From contig CAVTHT010000007.1 of NCBI GenBank assembly GCA_963734575.1, positions 160,549 through 224,548 of the forward strand: a stretch of DNA of 64,000 nt. The letters run 5' to 3'. Position 1 is the stretch's first letter, and the number at the start of each line of letters is the position of its first letter. The position numbers and the translations under genes were made by a program. The stretch is from an uncultured beta proteobacterium (GTDB lineage Bacteria > Pseudomonadota > Gammaproteobacteria > Burkholderiales > Casimicrobiaceae). Below are positions 18,355-28,622 of this stretch, piece by piece. Below the pieces are notes generated by a model that was not told the origin of the DNA, searched no databases, and saw only the letters and a program-made list of their open reading frames with translations.

Positions 18355-19413
18355 ATGCGCCACCACAGGATCGCCGCGATCGGCGGCGACGGCATCGGCC
18401 CCGAGGTCATCGCGGCCGGGCTGGAGGTTCTCGATGTCGTCGCGCACCAGGATGGCGGCTTTCGCGTCGTGGTCGAGCACTTTCCGTGGAGCTCGGGTTA
18501 CTACCTCGAGCACGGCACTTATATCCCCGAAGGCGGCCTCGAGCGGCTGCGCACGTTCGATGCGATCTTCTTCGGCGCGGTGGGCAGCCGCGAGGTCGCC
18601 GATCACGTCTCGCTGTGGGGGCTGCGCCTGCCGATCGCGCAGGGCTTCGACCAGTACGCCAACGTGCGCCCGGCGCGCGTCCTTCCGGGCGTGACGAGTC
18701 CGTTGCGCCACGGCGCGGGCATCGACTGGGTGATCATCCGCGAGAACTCGGAAGGGGAGTACGCGGGCCACGGCGGACGCGCCCATCGCGGCCTGCCGCT
18801 CGAGGTCGCGACGGAAGTGGCGGTGTTCACGCGCGCCGGCGTCGAGCGCATCCACCGGTTCGCGTTCGAGCTCGCGCGCAAGCGTCCCCGCAAGCACCTG
18901 ACGCTCGTCACCAAGTCGAACGCGCAGCGGTTCGGCATGGTCCTGTGGGACGAGGTCTTCTTCGAAGTGGCGCAGGAATACCCGGACGTCGCGACCGACC
19001 GGGAGCTCGTCGACGCGGTGACCACGCGCATGGTCATGAAGCCGCAGACCCTCGACGTGCTCGTCGCGACCAATCTGCACGCGGACATCCTGTCCGATCT
19101 CGCAGCGGCGCTGTCGGGGAGCCTCGGCATCGCGCCGACCGCCAATCTCAATCCGGAGCGACAGTTTCCGTCGATGTTCGAGCCCATCCACGGATCGGCG
19201 TTCGACATCACCGGGAAAGGGATCGCCAATCCGATCGCGACCTTCTGGACGGCGGTGATGATGCTCGAGCATCTGGGCGAGGCCGCTGCCGCGCAGCGCC
19301 TCATGCGTGCCATCGAGGCCGTCACCGCGCGTGGCGTGCACACTCCGGACCTGGGGGGGCGCGCGACTACGGCGGAGGTCACCCGGGCGGTATGCGACGC
19401 ACTCGCGGGCTAG
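18355..19413 (+). CDS. Tartrate dehydrogenase/decarboxylase (isocitrate/isopropylmalate dehydrogenase family).
   Basis: IAAIGGDGIGPEV..NLHADILSDLAAALSGSLGIAPTANLNPE..GSAFDITGKGIANP, full length. It pairs with the upstream Bug-family binding protein. Confidence 0.85.
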   Translation: MRHHRIAAIGGDGIGPEVIAAGLEVLDVVAHQDGGFRVVVEHFPWSSGYYLEHGTYIPEGGLERLRTFDAIFFGAVGSREVADHVSLWGLRLPIAQGFDQYANVRPARVLPGVTSPLRHGAGIDWVIIRENSEGEYAGHGGRAHRGLPLEVATEVAVFTRAGVERIHRFAFELARKRPRKHLTLVTKSNAQRFGMVLWDEVFFEVAQEYPDVATDRELVDAVTTRMVMKPQTLDVLVATNLHADILSDLAAALSGSLGIAPTANLNPERQFPSMFEPIHGSAFDITGKGIANPIATFWTAVMMLEHLGEAAAAQRLMRAIEAVTARGVHTPDLGGRATTAEVTRAVCDALAG

Positions 19414-19440
19414 CACACGCTCGGTCGCACCAACGAAAAT

Positions 19441-19470
19441 GGCCTGCCGGGCGGCAGGCCATTGCGTTGT
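19441..19470. terminator. Bidirectional rho-independent terminator between the tartrate dehydrogenase gene and the tRNA.
   Basis: ggcctgccg-ggc-ggcaggcc hairpin with attgcgttgttt on the plus side and attttcgtt on the minus side. Confidence 0.5.
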
Positions 19471-19471
19471 T

Positions 19472-19548
19472 TGGTGGCGAACCAGGGACTCGAACCCCGG
19501 ACCAAAGGATTATGATTCCTCTGCTCTAACCAGCTGAGCTAGTTCGCC
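19472..19548 (-). tRNA. tRNA with a CAT anticodon (elongator Met or Ile2/lysidine).
   Basis: GGCGAAC-TA-GCTCAGCTGGTTAGAGC-A-GAGGA-ATCATAA-TCCTT-TGGTC-CGGGGTTCGAGTCCCTG-GTTCGCC-ACCA folds as a cloverleaf: 7-bp acceptor stem, U33, CAT anticodon, A37 and an encoded CCA end. Confidence 0.85.
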
Positions 19549-19597
19549 GAAGGGGGGCAATTATAGGCGAACCCGGCAAGGCTGGTCAAAGTGGCGG

Positions 19598-20422
19598 GTG
19601 ATCCTCCGCTTCGTCACCTCATCCGCCCGCCCACCCGCTATCCCTTCCGTGCTTCTCGACTGGCTGCCCGACGCACCGTGGCACGTGCTGGCGCTGCTGC
19701 CCCTGGTGATCCTGATCGCCTACACGGTGTTCGGCGCGACGGGCTTCGGCTCGTCGATCATCGCCGTGCCGGCTCTGGCGCACGCGTTTCCGCTGACTTT
19801 CGCCGTGCCGCTCGTGACCACGCTCGACTGCGCCGCAACCACCACGGCCAGCTACCGGCAGTGGCGCCACGCGCGCTTCGACGAGTTCCGGCGCCTGTTG
19901 CCGGCGCTGCTGCTCGGCATCGTCACGGGCGCGACGCTCCTCGTGCGCCTGCCGCGCGCGCCTGCACTGCTGGCGCTCGGATCCTTCGTCACCGTCTACG
20001 GGGTCTACCTCCTGCTGGGCCCACGCCGGCGCGAGTCCATCCGCGGCTTCTGGGCGGTTCCGATCGGCTTCATTGGCGGGGTCTTCAGCGTGCTCTTCGG
20101 AACCGGCGGTCCGATCTACATGGTCTACCTGACCGCCCGCATCCACGACAAGTCCGAGCTGCGCGCGACCTCGTCGCTCCTGATCACGGTGAGCGTGTTG
20201 CTGCGGATGGCCGTGTTCATCGCATCGGGGCTGCTCATGCAGCGCGGACTGCTCGTGGCCGCCGGGCTCATGGTCCCGGTCATGTTCGCAGGCTACGCGT
20301 GCGGCAACCGATTGCACCACGCCCTGTCGCGCACCGGCGTGATGAAGATGATCGCGGGCCTGCTGATCGCGAACGGGACATTGCTGGTGGCGCGGGCGAT
20401 CTCCAGCCTGCGCGACAGCTGA
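19598..20422 (+). CDS. TSUP family (TauE/SafE) anion exporter.
   Basis: Seven to eight TM helices; FGATGFGSSIIAVPAL and GVFSVLFGTGGPIYMVYL are TSUP repeat signatures. Confidence 0.75.
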   Translation: MILRFVTSSARPPAIPSVLLDWLPDAPWHVLALLPLVILIAYTVFGATGFGSSIIAVPALAHAFPLTFAVPLVTTLDCAATTTASYRQWRHARFDEFRRLLPALLLGIVTGATLLVRLPRAPALLALGSFVTVYGVYLLLGPRRRESIRGFWAVPIGFIGGVFSVLFGTGGPIYMVYLTARIHDKSELRATSSLLITVSVLLRMAVFIASGLLMQRGLLVAAGLMVPVMFAGYACGNRLHHALSRTGVMKMIAGLLIANGTLLVARAISSLRDS

Positions 20423-20494
20423 GACTGGCGACGGCGAACGGACATTACCGATAGAATCCGGCGGCTAAACGCAATCGAGGACGGGCAACATCCG

Positions 20495-21430
20495 ATGGTC
20501 CATCAAGGCATGACGCTCAACATCTCGGCCGTCGAGCGCGAGACGGGACTCTCCAAGGACGTGCTCCGCATGTGGGAGCGCCGCTACGGCTTCCCTCGGC
20601 CCGGCCGTGACGACAACGGCGAGCGGCAGTACACGCCGACCGACGTCGCCAAGCTGCGCGCGGTGAAGCGGCTGATGGACATCGGCATGCGCCCGGGACG
20701 CCTGATCGAGCGCTCGCTCGACGAGCTGAACGCGCTGGCGGATTCGCGCGCCGAGCCGCGGCGCGAGGCGGTGGCCCCCGCGCTGGAGCGCGACGTCATC
20801 GGCCTCCTGCAGAACCACGACGTCGTGGGCCTCAAGCACGCGCTGGCCAATCTCATCATGCGCCAGGGCGTGCAGCGCTTCGTTCTCGAGACGGCCACGC
20901 CGCTCAATCGTGCGGTGGGCGACGGCTGGATGCGCGGCGAGCTGCAGATCTTCGAGGAGCACCTCTACACGGAGCAGATGCAGGCCGCGCTGCGCAGTGC
21001 CATCAATGGCTTTCCGCGGACCGACGGCACACCGAAGGTGATCCTCACCACGTTTCCGGGCGAGCAGCACGGCTTGGGGTTGCTGATGGTGGAAGCGGTG
21101 CTCGTCGCCGAAGGCGCGTTCTGCATCTCGCTCGGCGTCGAGACGCCGCTGGAGGAATTGCGCCGCGCCGCGATCGCGCACAAGGCGCACCTCGTTGCGC
21201 TCTCGTTCTCCGCGGGCTTCCCGGTGCGCCAGGCGAGCGACGGTCTTGCCGCGCTGCGTCGCGAGCTGCCGCCCACGACCACGCTGTGGGCGGGCGGCGA
21301 GATGACCCGCCGGATCCGCAAGACGCTGCCCGGGGTGGTGCTCATTCCGGAACTTGCCGCGACCGCGGGCGCGCTGAAGAGCTGGCGCGCGCACTGGGCG
21401 CAGGCAGCCCCGTTCCTCACGGGCGGCTGA
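20495..21430 (+). CDS. MerR-family regulator with a C-terminal cobalamin-binding domain (CarH/LitR-like).
   Basis: N-terminal MerR HTH (LNISAVERETGLSKDVLRMWERRYGFPRP). The C-terminal B12-binding fold has an E-x-H-x-x-G motif (FPGEQHGLGLLMVEAVL). Confidence 0.75.
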   Translation: MVHQGMTLNISAVERETGLSKDVLRMWERRYGFPRPGRDDNGERQYTPTDVAKLRAVKRLMDIGMRPGRLIERSLDELNALADSRAEPRREAVAPALERDVIGLLQNHDVVGLKHALANLIMRQGVQRFVLETATPLNRAVGDGWMRGELQIFEEHLYTEQMQAALRSAINGFPRTDGTPKVILTTFPGEQHGLGLLMVEAVLVAEGAFCISLGVETPLEELRRAAIAHKAHLVALSFSAGFPVRQASDGLAALRRELPPTTTLWAGGEMTRRIRKTLPGVVLIPELAATAGALKSWRAHWAQAAPFLTGG

Positions 21431-21472
21431 CGCGCCGCGCCATGGTGCCGGCGATGCGCGGATGAATCCGGC

Positions 21473-22433
21473 ATGACGACCGCCATCTCGCTCGCGATCG
21501 TGTTCCTCGGCGGGCTCGCGGCGTACCTGGCCTGGGCCGCTTCGGCGTGGCACTCCGGAGCGGATGCCCTGTGGCTCGCCGCGGGCGCGCTGCTGCTCTA
21601 CGGCGCGGTGTTCGGCGTCGTGACCGCCGCGTGGTTCGCCCTCGCATGGGTCTACCGCGTCCAGCGACCACGCGAGGTACAGCTCGGCATGCGCGCCACC
21701 CTGCGCCTCTTCTGGCGTGAATGGCTGACGCTCATGGGCTCCGGGCTGCGTATGGGCTTCGGCTGGTGGTTCATGCGCGAGCCCCGACCGCAGCGGGCAG
21801 CGGCGCCGGTGCTGCTCATCCATGGCGTGCTCTGTAACGCGGGCGTCTGGCTCGGTATGCGCGGCGCGCTGCACCGTCTCGGCATGGGTCCGGTGTACAC
21901 GATCACCTACGGCCCGCCGCTCGCGTCCATCGACGAATTCGCGACGCAGCTCGCGCGCAGCATCGAAGCCATCGTCGCCGCCACCGGGGCGCCGCGCGTG
22001 GCGCTCGTTGGCCACAGCATGGGCGGCCTCGTCGCCCGCGCCTACCTGCGCCGCTACGGCAGCGCTGCGCGTCGCGCGCGTGATCACCATCGGCACGCCG
22101 CATCGCGGCAGCGTGCATGCGTGGATGTTCCTCGGGAAAAGCCTCGCCCAGTTGCGGCCGGGCAACGCGTGGCTGCGGGAGCTCAATGACGCCTTGCCGA
22201 ACGACGTTCCGATGGTGTCGATCTGGTCCTGGCACGACTCGATGGTCGCGCCGCAGGATTCGGCCTGTCTCGACGGCGCACGCAACGTCGCCCTCGCCGG
22301 CATCGGTCACAACGCGCTGCTGCGCGAGCCGGAGGTGGCGCGCAGCGTCGTGGCCGCGACGAGCTGCGCGACGGCGCCGTGCCGCGAGCCGCGGACCGTG
22401 GCGGCGCGCTCTACCAGTGAATGCCCTGGGTGA
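21473..22433 (+). CDS. Alpha/beta-hydrolase lipase (LipA/PGAP1-like) with a frameshift at ~22065.
   Basis: N-terminal TM helices; PVLLIHGVLCNAGVW, the nucleophile elbow GHSMGG, then YLRRYGSA | ARVITIGTPHRGS in the next frame. The switch lies in 'cgcgtcgcgcgcgtg'. Confidence 0.7.
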
Positions 22434-24401
22434 GCTGCGCGAAAGCCATCTGCTCGGCGGAGAGCTGCTGTGGCCCTTCGCCTTGCTTGCGGCCTTGTGC
22501 AGCCGGCGAGTCGGGGAACATGTTGTAGGCGGTGTTGAGCAGGATCTGCGTGAGCTTCGGGCGCGATGGCGTGGCAGACCGCACCGAAGATGCCGAGGCG
22601 CGTGGCGATGCGCACGGGCTTGTAGACGATCGCCTCGGCCACGAGGTCCGCCGCCTGCTCGGGCGAGAGTGTCGGCACGTTCTCGTACATCTTCGTCGGC
22701 GCGATCATCGGCGTGCGCACGAGCGGCATGTTGATGGTCGTGAAGTTGATGCCCTTGTCGAGGAACTCCGATGCCGCGCACGCGGCGAACGAATCGAGGG
22801 CGGACTTCGAGGCGACGTAGGCGGAGAAGCGCGGCGCGTTCGACAGCACGCCGATGGACGAGATGTTGATCACGTGCCCGCGGCGCTGCTCGACCATCTT
22901 CGGCATGAACCCCAGGATGAGCCGCACGGCGCCGAAGTAGTTGAGCTGCATCGTGCGCTCGAAGTCGTGGAAGCGGTCGAGCGAGTTCATGATGCCGCGG
23001 CGGATCGAGCGCCCCGCGTTGTTGATGAGGTAGTCGCAGCCGCCGTGCTCGTCCAGCACGCGCGCCACGAGCGCGTCGCAGGACGCGAGGTCGGACAGGT
23101 CCGCGGTGTAGATCCAGGCCTTGCCGCCGAGCTTCTCGATCTCGGCCTTGGTCTCGAGGAGCTTCTCCTCGCCGCGCGCCACGAGGATCACGTGCGCGCC
23201 CGCCTCGGCGAGCCGCAGCGCGGTGGCACGCCCGATGCCCGACGACGAGCCGGTGACCACCGCCACGCGGCCCTTCACGCGCCCCGACAGCGAGCGGTCG
23301 ATGAAGAGGTCCGGATCGAGGTTGCGCTCCCAGTAGTCCCACAGTTTCGCGGCATAGGTCTGCGACGTGCGGCACGCTGATGCCCGAGCCCTTCAGCGCC
23401 TTCATCGCCTCGCGATTGTCGTAGCGCGTCGGCCAGTTGACGAACTGGAACACGTCGCGCGGAATGCCCAGGTCGGTGAGCACCGCTCGCAACATGCGCT
23501 TCACGGGCGACAGCGATCCCAGACCGTAAAGGATCGGCGCCGGGATGAAGCCGAACATGCGCGCGTTGAGGCGCATCGTCATCTGCGGCGCATGCGCGGC
23601 ACGCGCGAAGATGTTGAGCACTTCGCCGATACGGTGTGGTGCGGGATCCGTCAGGTGGAATGTCTTGCCGTCGAGCCCCTTCTTGTGGGCGATGTGGTCG
23701 AGCGCATCGGCGACGAAATCCACCGGCACGATGTTGATGCGCCCGCCTTCGATGCCGATCGTCGGCATCCACTGCGGCAGGGCCTTGCGCAGCTTCTGGA
23801 TGAGCTTGAAGAAGTAGTACGGGCCATCGATCTTGTCGATGTAGCCGGTCTTCGAATGCCCGACGACGAAGCCGGGACGATAGATGCGAAACGGCCGCTG
23901 GCATTCGCGCCGCACGATGCCCTCGGCCTCGTGCTTGGTGCGGAAGTAGGGATGGTCGAGCTCCTCGGCTTCCTCGAACATGTCCTCGCGGAACACGCCT
24001 TCGTAAAGTCCCGCTGCCGCGATGGAGCTCACGTGATGGAAGCAGCCGGCCTGCATGGCTTCGGCGAACTCGACCGCGTGCCGCGTGCCGTCGACGTTCG
24101 CGACCATCTGGTCCTCCGCGCTCGCGGCGAGATCGTAGATCGCCGCGAGATGGAAGAAGTGCCGGACCTTGCCCTTGAGCTTGCGCACGTCGGCATCGGA
24201 CACGCCGAGGCGCGGCCTGGCGAGGTCGCCGATGATCGGCACCACCTGGCGCTCGTCGGCGTTCCAGAACTCGCGCAGCGACGCAAGCTTGTCGAGCGAG
24301 CTCTTGCGCACCAGAACGTAGACGGTTTCCTGCCGCTCCAGCAGTCGTGCGACAAGGAATCGACCGATGAAGCCGGTCGCGCCGGTGACGAAATAGGGCA
24401 T
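22411..24401 (-). CDS. Two-domain fatty acyl-CoA reductase: an N-terminal NAD_binding_4 (male-sterility) domain and a C-terminal Acr1-like SDR. Frameshifts at ~23350 and ~22565.
   Basis: gaggag RBS. N-domain MPYFVTGATGFIGRFLV..HVSSIAA..YFRTKHEAE. Linker ..VADLCRE | LWDYWERNLDPDLFIDRSLSGRVKGRVAVVTGSSSGIGRA (SDR TGxxxGIG) ..NNAG..SAYVASK. The C-terminal tail is restored in a third frame (..ILLNTAYNMFPDSPAAQ..GIHW*). Confidence 0.75.
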
Positions 24402-24548
24402 GGCTCGCTCCTCGATGACGGCGGCGCGACGGTGCGGCGTCGCTCGGCACGGCACGCGCGGATTATACGGGCGCGAGCTTTAGAATGATTCCTCTAACGC
24501 CGCGGCCTACAATGCATCGTGCGCGAGACGTAGACCAAGGAGACCGGC

Positions 24549-25122
24549 ATGCTGAAGAAGGCGAAGGCGGAAGCGACGGCGGGACCGATGGAACAGGCGA
24601 AAGAGCTTTCGCAGTCGGTGCTCAATTCCTCGCACCAGATCTGGCTGGCAGGGCTCGGGGCTTTCGCCCGCGCGCAGCAGGAAGGCATGAAGGTGTTCGA
24701 GACGCTCGTGCAGCAGGGCCAGCAACTCGAATCGCGCACGCGGCAGGCCGCCGCAGACACCGCGACCGCTGCGCGCGGCGCCGCAAGCGCGAAGGCGAAG
24801 GAGATGCAGAAAATGGCCGGTGGAACGTGGGACAAGCTGGAGCAGGTTTTCGAGGACCGCGTCGCGCGGGCGCTGTCGAAGCTCGGCGTCTACACCCAGA
24901 ACGATGTCGAACGGCTGGCGCAGCGCGTCGACGCTCTGAGCGAGGCCGTGAACCGACTGATCAATGCGCAGGGGGGCACACCCGTGGCGGCGCCGAAGCG
25001 CGGCGGATCGTCCACCGCTAAACGGAGTGCCGCGAAGAAGGGCGCGCGGCGCACGACGAGCAAGTCGGCACGGCGCGCCTGCGCGCAAGACGCCACGCGC
25101 GACGAAGCAGGCCGCCAGCTGA
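24549..25122 (+). CDS. Phasin (PhaF/PhaI-like granule-associated protein) with a Lys/Ala-rich histone-like tail. Frameshift at ~25078.
   Basis: Phasin motif SSHQIWLAGLGAFARAQQEG. The tail ..AAPKRGGSSTAKRSAAKKGARRTTSKSARRA | PARKTPRATKQAAS* switches frame in 'cggcgcgcctgcgcgc'. A terminator follows directly. Confidence 0.7.
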
Positions 25123-25146
25123 GCGACAGCACCTGCCACGTGCAAA

Positions 25147-25170
25147 GGCCCGCATCGCGCGGGCCTTTTT
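25147..25170 (+). terminator. Rho-independent terminator after the phasin gene.
   Basis: ggcccgc-atcgc-gcgggcc followed by ttttt. Confidence 0.6.
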
Positions 25171-25188
25171 GCTGGGCGGGAGATCGCG

Positions 25189-25467
25189 TCAGTCGCGGTT
25201 GAGCCGCTCCACCTGCTTGATGTAGTTCTGCATGGCCTCGTCCTTGCTCATTCCCTTGACCTTGGTCCACGCGTCGTACTTCGCGCCACCCACGAAGTCG
25301 AACCCGCCGGGGCGCTCGCCCTTCACGTCGCCGTCGCTCGCCTGCTTGTAGAACGCATAGAGCTTGAGCATCGTGGCGTTGTCGGGTCGCTTCTTCGTCT
25401 GCTTGGCCGCGGCGGCCGCGGCCTCGAACTGCGCTTTGAGATCGGGTTTCTTCGCTGCGGTTGCCAT
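25189..25467 (-). CDS. Acyl-CoA-binding protein (ACBP).
   Basis: ..TMLKLYAFYKQASDGDVKGERPGGFDFVGGAKYDAWTKVKGMSKDEAMQNYI is the ACBP four-helix signature. Confidence 0.85.
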   Translation of the reverse strand: MATAAKKPDLKAQFEAAAAAAKQTKKRPDNATMLKLYAFYKQASDGDVKGERPGGFDFVGGAKYDAWTKVKGMSKDEAMQNYIKQVERLNRD

Positions 25468-25585
25468 GGGGACCTCGGGCTTCGTGCCGCTTCGGGCATC
25501 TGTGCTACTTTAGCGCGAACATCAAAACGTAGCCAATCGCGCTTCCGCGGTTTGGCCCGCCACGCCCAAGGTTCACCTTCGTCCC

Positions 25586-27042
25586 ATGCCCCGGCGCGAA
25601 AAGATATCGGCCGTCGACACCGCCTGGCTGCGCATGGACCGGCCGGGCAATCCGATGATGATCTGCGGCGTGTTCCTGCTGCGCTCCCGCGTCCCGTTGG
25701 CGCGCCTGCGGCGCACGATCGACGAGCGGTTCCTGTGCTTCGGCCGTTTCCGGCAGCGCCCGGTCCAGGAGGCCGGCACGGCGTTCTGGGAAGACGACGG
25801 CACCTTCGACATCCGTCGGCACGTCGTCGAAACCACGCTGCCCGAACCTGCGGGGCAGGTCGAGTTGCAGCGGCTCGTCAGCACACTCGCCGGCACGCCG
25901 CTCGATCCCGACCGGCCCCTGTGGGAGTTTCATGCTCGTGCGCAACTATCAGCGCGGCAGTGCGCTGGTCGCGCGCATGCACCATTGCTACGCCGACGGG
26001 ATCGCGCTGATCCAGGTCGTGCTGTCGATGACCGATGCGGGCCGCAACGGTTCGCCCGCGCTCCCGCCGCCACCACGCCGCGCGTCGCGCGCCGAAGCGA
26101 GCGATGAGCTCAACTGGCTGACCCAGCCGCTCGACGGCGCCATGCGCCTTGCGACGAAGGTCGGCACCACGCTCGTCGAGAAGGGGGTCGAGCTCTGGGT
26201 CAACCCGCTCAAGGCCATCGATCTCGCACAGCAGGGCGGCGCCTTCGCGCGCGAGATCGCGAACCTCGCGCTGATGGGCGAAGACTCGCCGACGCGCTTC
26301 AAGTCCGTGCCGCGCGGGGAAAAGCACGTCGCCTGGGCGGAGCCCCTCGACCTCGACGAGGTGAAGGCGATCGGCAGGGCACTGGGCGCGTCGGTGAACG
26401 ATGTGCTCATATCGTGTGCCGTCGGCGCGCTGGGCGACTATCTGCGCAGCCGCAAGGATCCCGTGCGACGGGGTGATGATGCGCGCGCTGGTGCCGGTCA
26501 ACCTGCGCCCGCTGGCCCATGCGTACCGGCTCGGCAACCAGTTCGGCCTCGTGTTCCTCGATCTTCCCCTGGGGCTGCGCAATCCGGTCGAGCGGCTCTA
26601 TGCGGTGCGCGCCAACATGCGCGCGCTGAAGGACTCCTACCAGCCGGTGCTCACGCTCGGTTTGCTCGCGGCCGTGGGTGCCGGACCGAAGCTGCTGCAG
26701 GACCAGCTCCTCGAAACGCTGGCCAGGAATGCGACGGCCGTGATGACCAACGTGCCGGGACCGCAGCAGGAGCTCCATCTCGCCGGCAGCGCCGTCGACA
26801 CGATGATGTTCTGGGTTCCGCAATCCGGCAACATCGGCATGGGCGCGTCGATCATCTCCTACAACGGCCGCGTGCAGTTCGGACTCATCACGGATCGCGA
26901 GATCTGCCCGGAACCCGAGCGCATCGCCGCCGGCTTCAAGCGCGCATTCGATGCGCTGGTGCTGACGACGCTGATGGCACCATGGCCGTGGGAAGGTGAC
27001 CTCGATCCGGCGCTGGCCGCCGCTGCCGTCGGCGCGCACTGA
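25586..27042 (+). CDS. Wax ester synthase/acyl-CoA:diacylglycerol acyltransferase (WS/DGAT) with frameshifts at ~25932 and ~26460.
   Basis: N-terminus DTAWLRMDRPGNPMMICGVFLL. The catalytic HHxxxDG is present as MHHCYADG in a second frame. The C-terminus ..MRALVPVNLRP..AVMTNVPGP..ISYNGRVQFGLITD is in a third frame. Confidence 0.8.
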
Positions 27043-27837
27043 CGCCGCCGCGACGCGCTCAGCTCGAGCTCGGCGCGCGCGTGCTCGACGTCGAGCCGCT
27101 CCATCGCATCCATCGGCCGGCATTCGCTCGCAGCGCGGTAGAGCTTCTCGGCCTCGGCGAGGCGGCTCTTGCCGAACAGCAGCAGGAGGCCGTTGCCGTA
27201 TTCGGAGCGCGCGATTGCCGAATCCGGGTGCAGCTTCATCGCCGTCTCGTAGTGCTCGAGGGCAGCGTCCTTCTTGGCACCGTACGTCATGCCGCCGACG
27301 AGCGCACCGACCTTCGCGATCACTTCGGCCTGATAGGCGCCGTACGCGGTGTGCGCCTCCGCATGCTTGGGCTGCAGCGCGAGCGCCGTCGCGAGCGCGT
27401 CCTTGATCTTGCCGCCGAAGCCTTGCGCCAGCGCTTTCGCGACCGAGATCCCCTGGCCATAGCGGCCCAGGTTGAAGGCGTAGAGGTAGTGCGCGTTGGC
27501 GTCCTTGGGCGCCTCCGTGCGGCGGGCGTCCGCCCACTGTGCGGCCTCCTCGAACAGGGCGAGGCTGGTCTTCTCGTTCTTCTCCACGTAGTGCGCGTAG
27601 ATGCCCTGCGCCTTGATCGCGGCGTTCGTCGCGGCGCCGCCGGCTTTCCTCCCGTGCTCGACCGCGGCCGCGAATTCACCCGCATGGAAGAGGCGCCACG
27701 CATCGAGCGCGCCGGCGTTCTTCGGCAGCGGCTCGCAGTCGCCGCGGTGCAACCGTGCCCAGTGCTTCTTCAGCCCAGCAGGATCGTAGGCGTAGGTCGC
27801 GTCGGCATACGGGAATTTGCGTCCACTTCTTCGTCAT
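26859..27837 (-). CDS. Conserved hypothetical protein. The ends are uncertain: a probable N-terminal frameshift, and the 3' end overlaps WS/DGAT.
   Basis: The ATG overlaps the TetR stop (ATGA) and gives MTKKWTQIP. It continues in the +1 frame as ..YADATYAYDPAGLKKHWARLHRGDCEPLPKNAG..AIKAQGIYAHYVEKNEKTSLALFEEAAQW..HYETAMKLHPDSAIARSEYGNGLLL. The C-terminal ~60 aa look like read-through junk. Confidence 0.35.
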
Positions 27838-28523
27838 TGCACCACTCCGGCAGTGCCGCGCGAGCGATCTCCGGCGGCGAGGTAGTCGAGCGAGATGCGA
27901 GCGATGAGAGCGCGGGCGGCTCCGGCGAGATGCGGCTCGATCAGCATCAGCACGTGGTAGGCGACGCGATTGAGATCGGTCTCGGCGGCGTCGGGCCGGT
28001 CGGCGTGGCACAGCCGCTCGTACGTCATCGATTGCGTGATGTTCAGCATGGCATTGCGCGCGAGCGCTGCCAGAGCGCCGTCGTCGGCCGCGAGTTCACC
28101 GGCCTCGCGCATGCCGGTGAAGATCGCGCGCATCGTCGCCTCGCCGTCGCGGAGCAGGTGCGCGAACCGGGCGCCGAGTCGCCGCTGGCGCAGCGCCAGA
28201 TCCGTGACGTCGCGGTAGAGGAAGCGGTACGCCTGCATGCGCTCGAGCAGGAGATGGACGAGCAGCCAGAAGTCCTCGACGTCGACGCGACGGCCCTGCG
28301 GCGTGGTGAGCAGCGGCCGCACCTCGGCTTCGAACGCCGCGTACAGCTCGCCCACGATCTCGTCCTTGTTCCGGAAGTGATAGTAGAGATTCCCCGGGCT
28401 GATGTTCATCTCGTTGGCGATGTCCGCGGTGGTGATGCGCGGCTCGCCGAAACGATTGAAGAGGTCGAGGCTCGTTGCCAGGATGCGCTCGCGCGTGCGG
28501 CGAGGACGCTTGCGTTCGGCCAT
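27834..28523 (-). CDS. TetR/AcrR family transcriptional regulator.
   Basis: TRERILATSLDLFNRFGEPRITTADIANEMNISPGNLYYHFRNKDEIV is a TetR HTH. Confidence 0.85.
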   Translation of the reverse strand: MAERKRPRRTRERILATSLDLFNRFGEPRITTADIANEMNISPGNLYYHFRNKDEIVGELYAAFEAEVRPLLTTPQGRRVDVEDFWLLVHLLLERMQAYRFLYRDVTDLALRQRRLGARFAHLLRDGEATMRAIFTGMREAGELAADDGALAALARNAMLNITQSMTYERLCHADRPDAAETDLNRVAYHVLMLIEPHLAGAARALIARISLDYLAAGDRSRGTAGVVQ

Positions 28524-28622
28524 CAGGGCCTTCAGGGGCCTTGCGTTCGGGTGCGCAGAGTCTAGCAGGCACCTCGGCGCGCCGGGAGGGCGCCATGGTC
28601 GCAGCGGTGCCGAATGCGTGCG

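Noticed and set aside
19472-19548. A genomic island or integrative element at the tRNA.
   Set aside because: There is no integrase, recombinase, direct repeat of the tRNA 3' end or compositional shift on either side. Flanking genes are ordinary metabolic genes.
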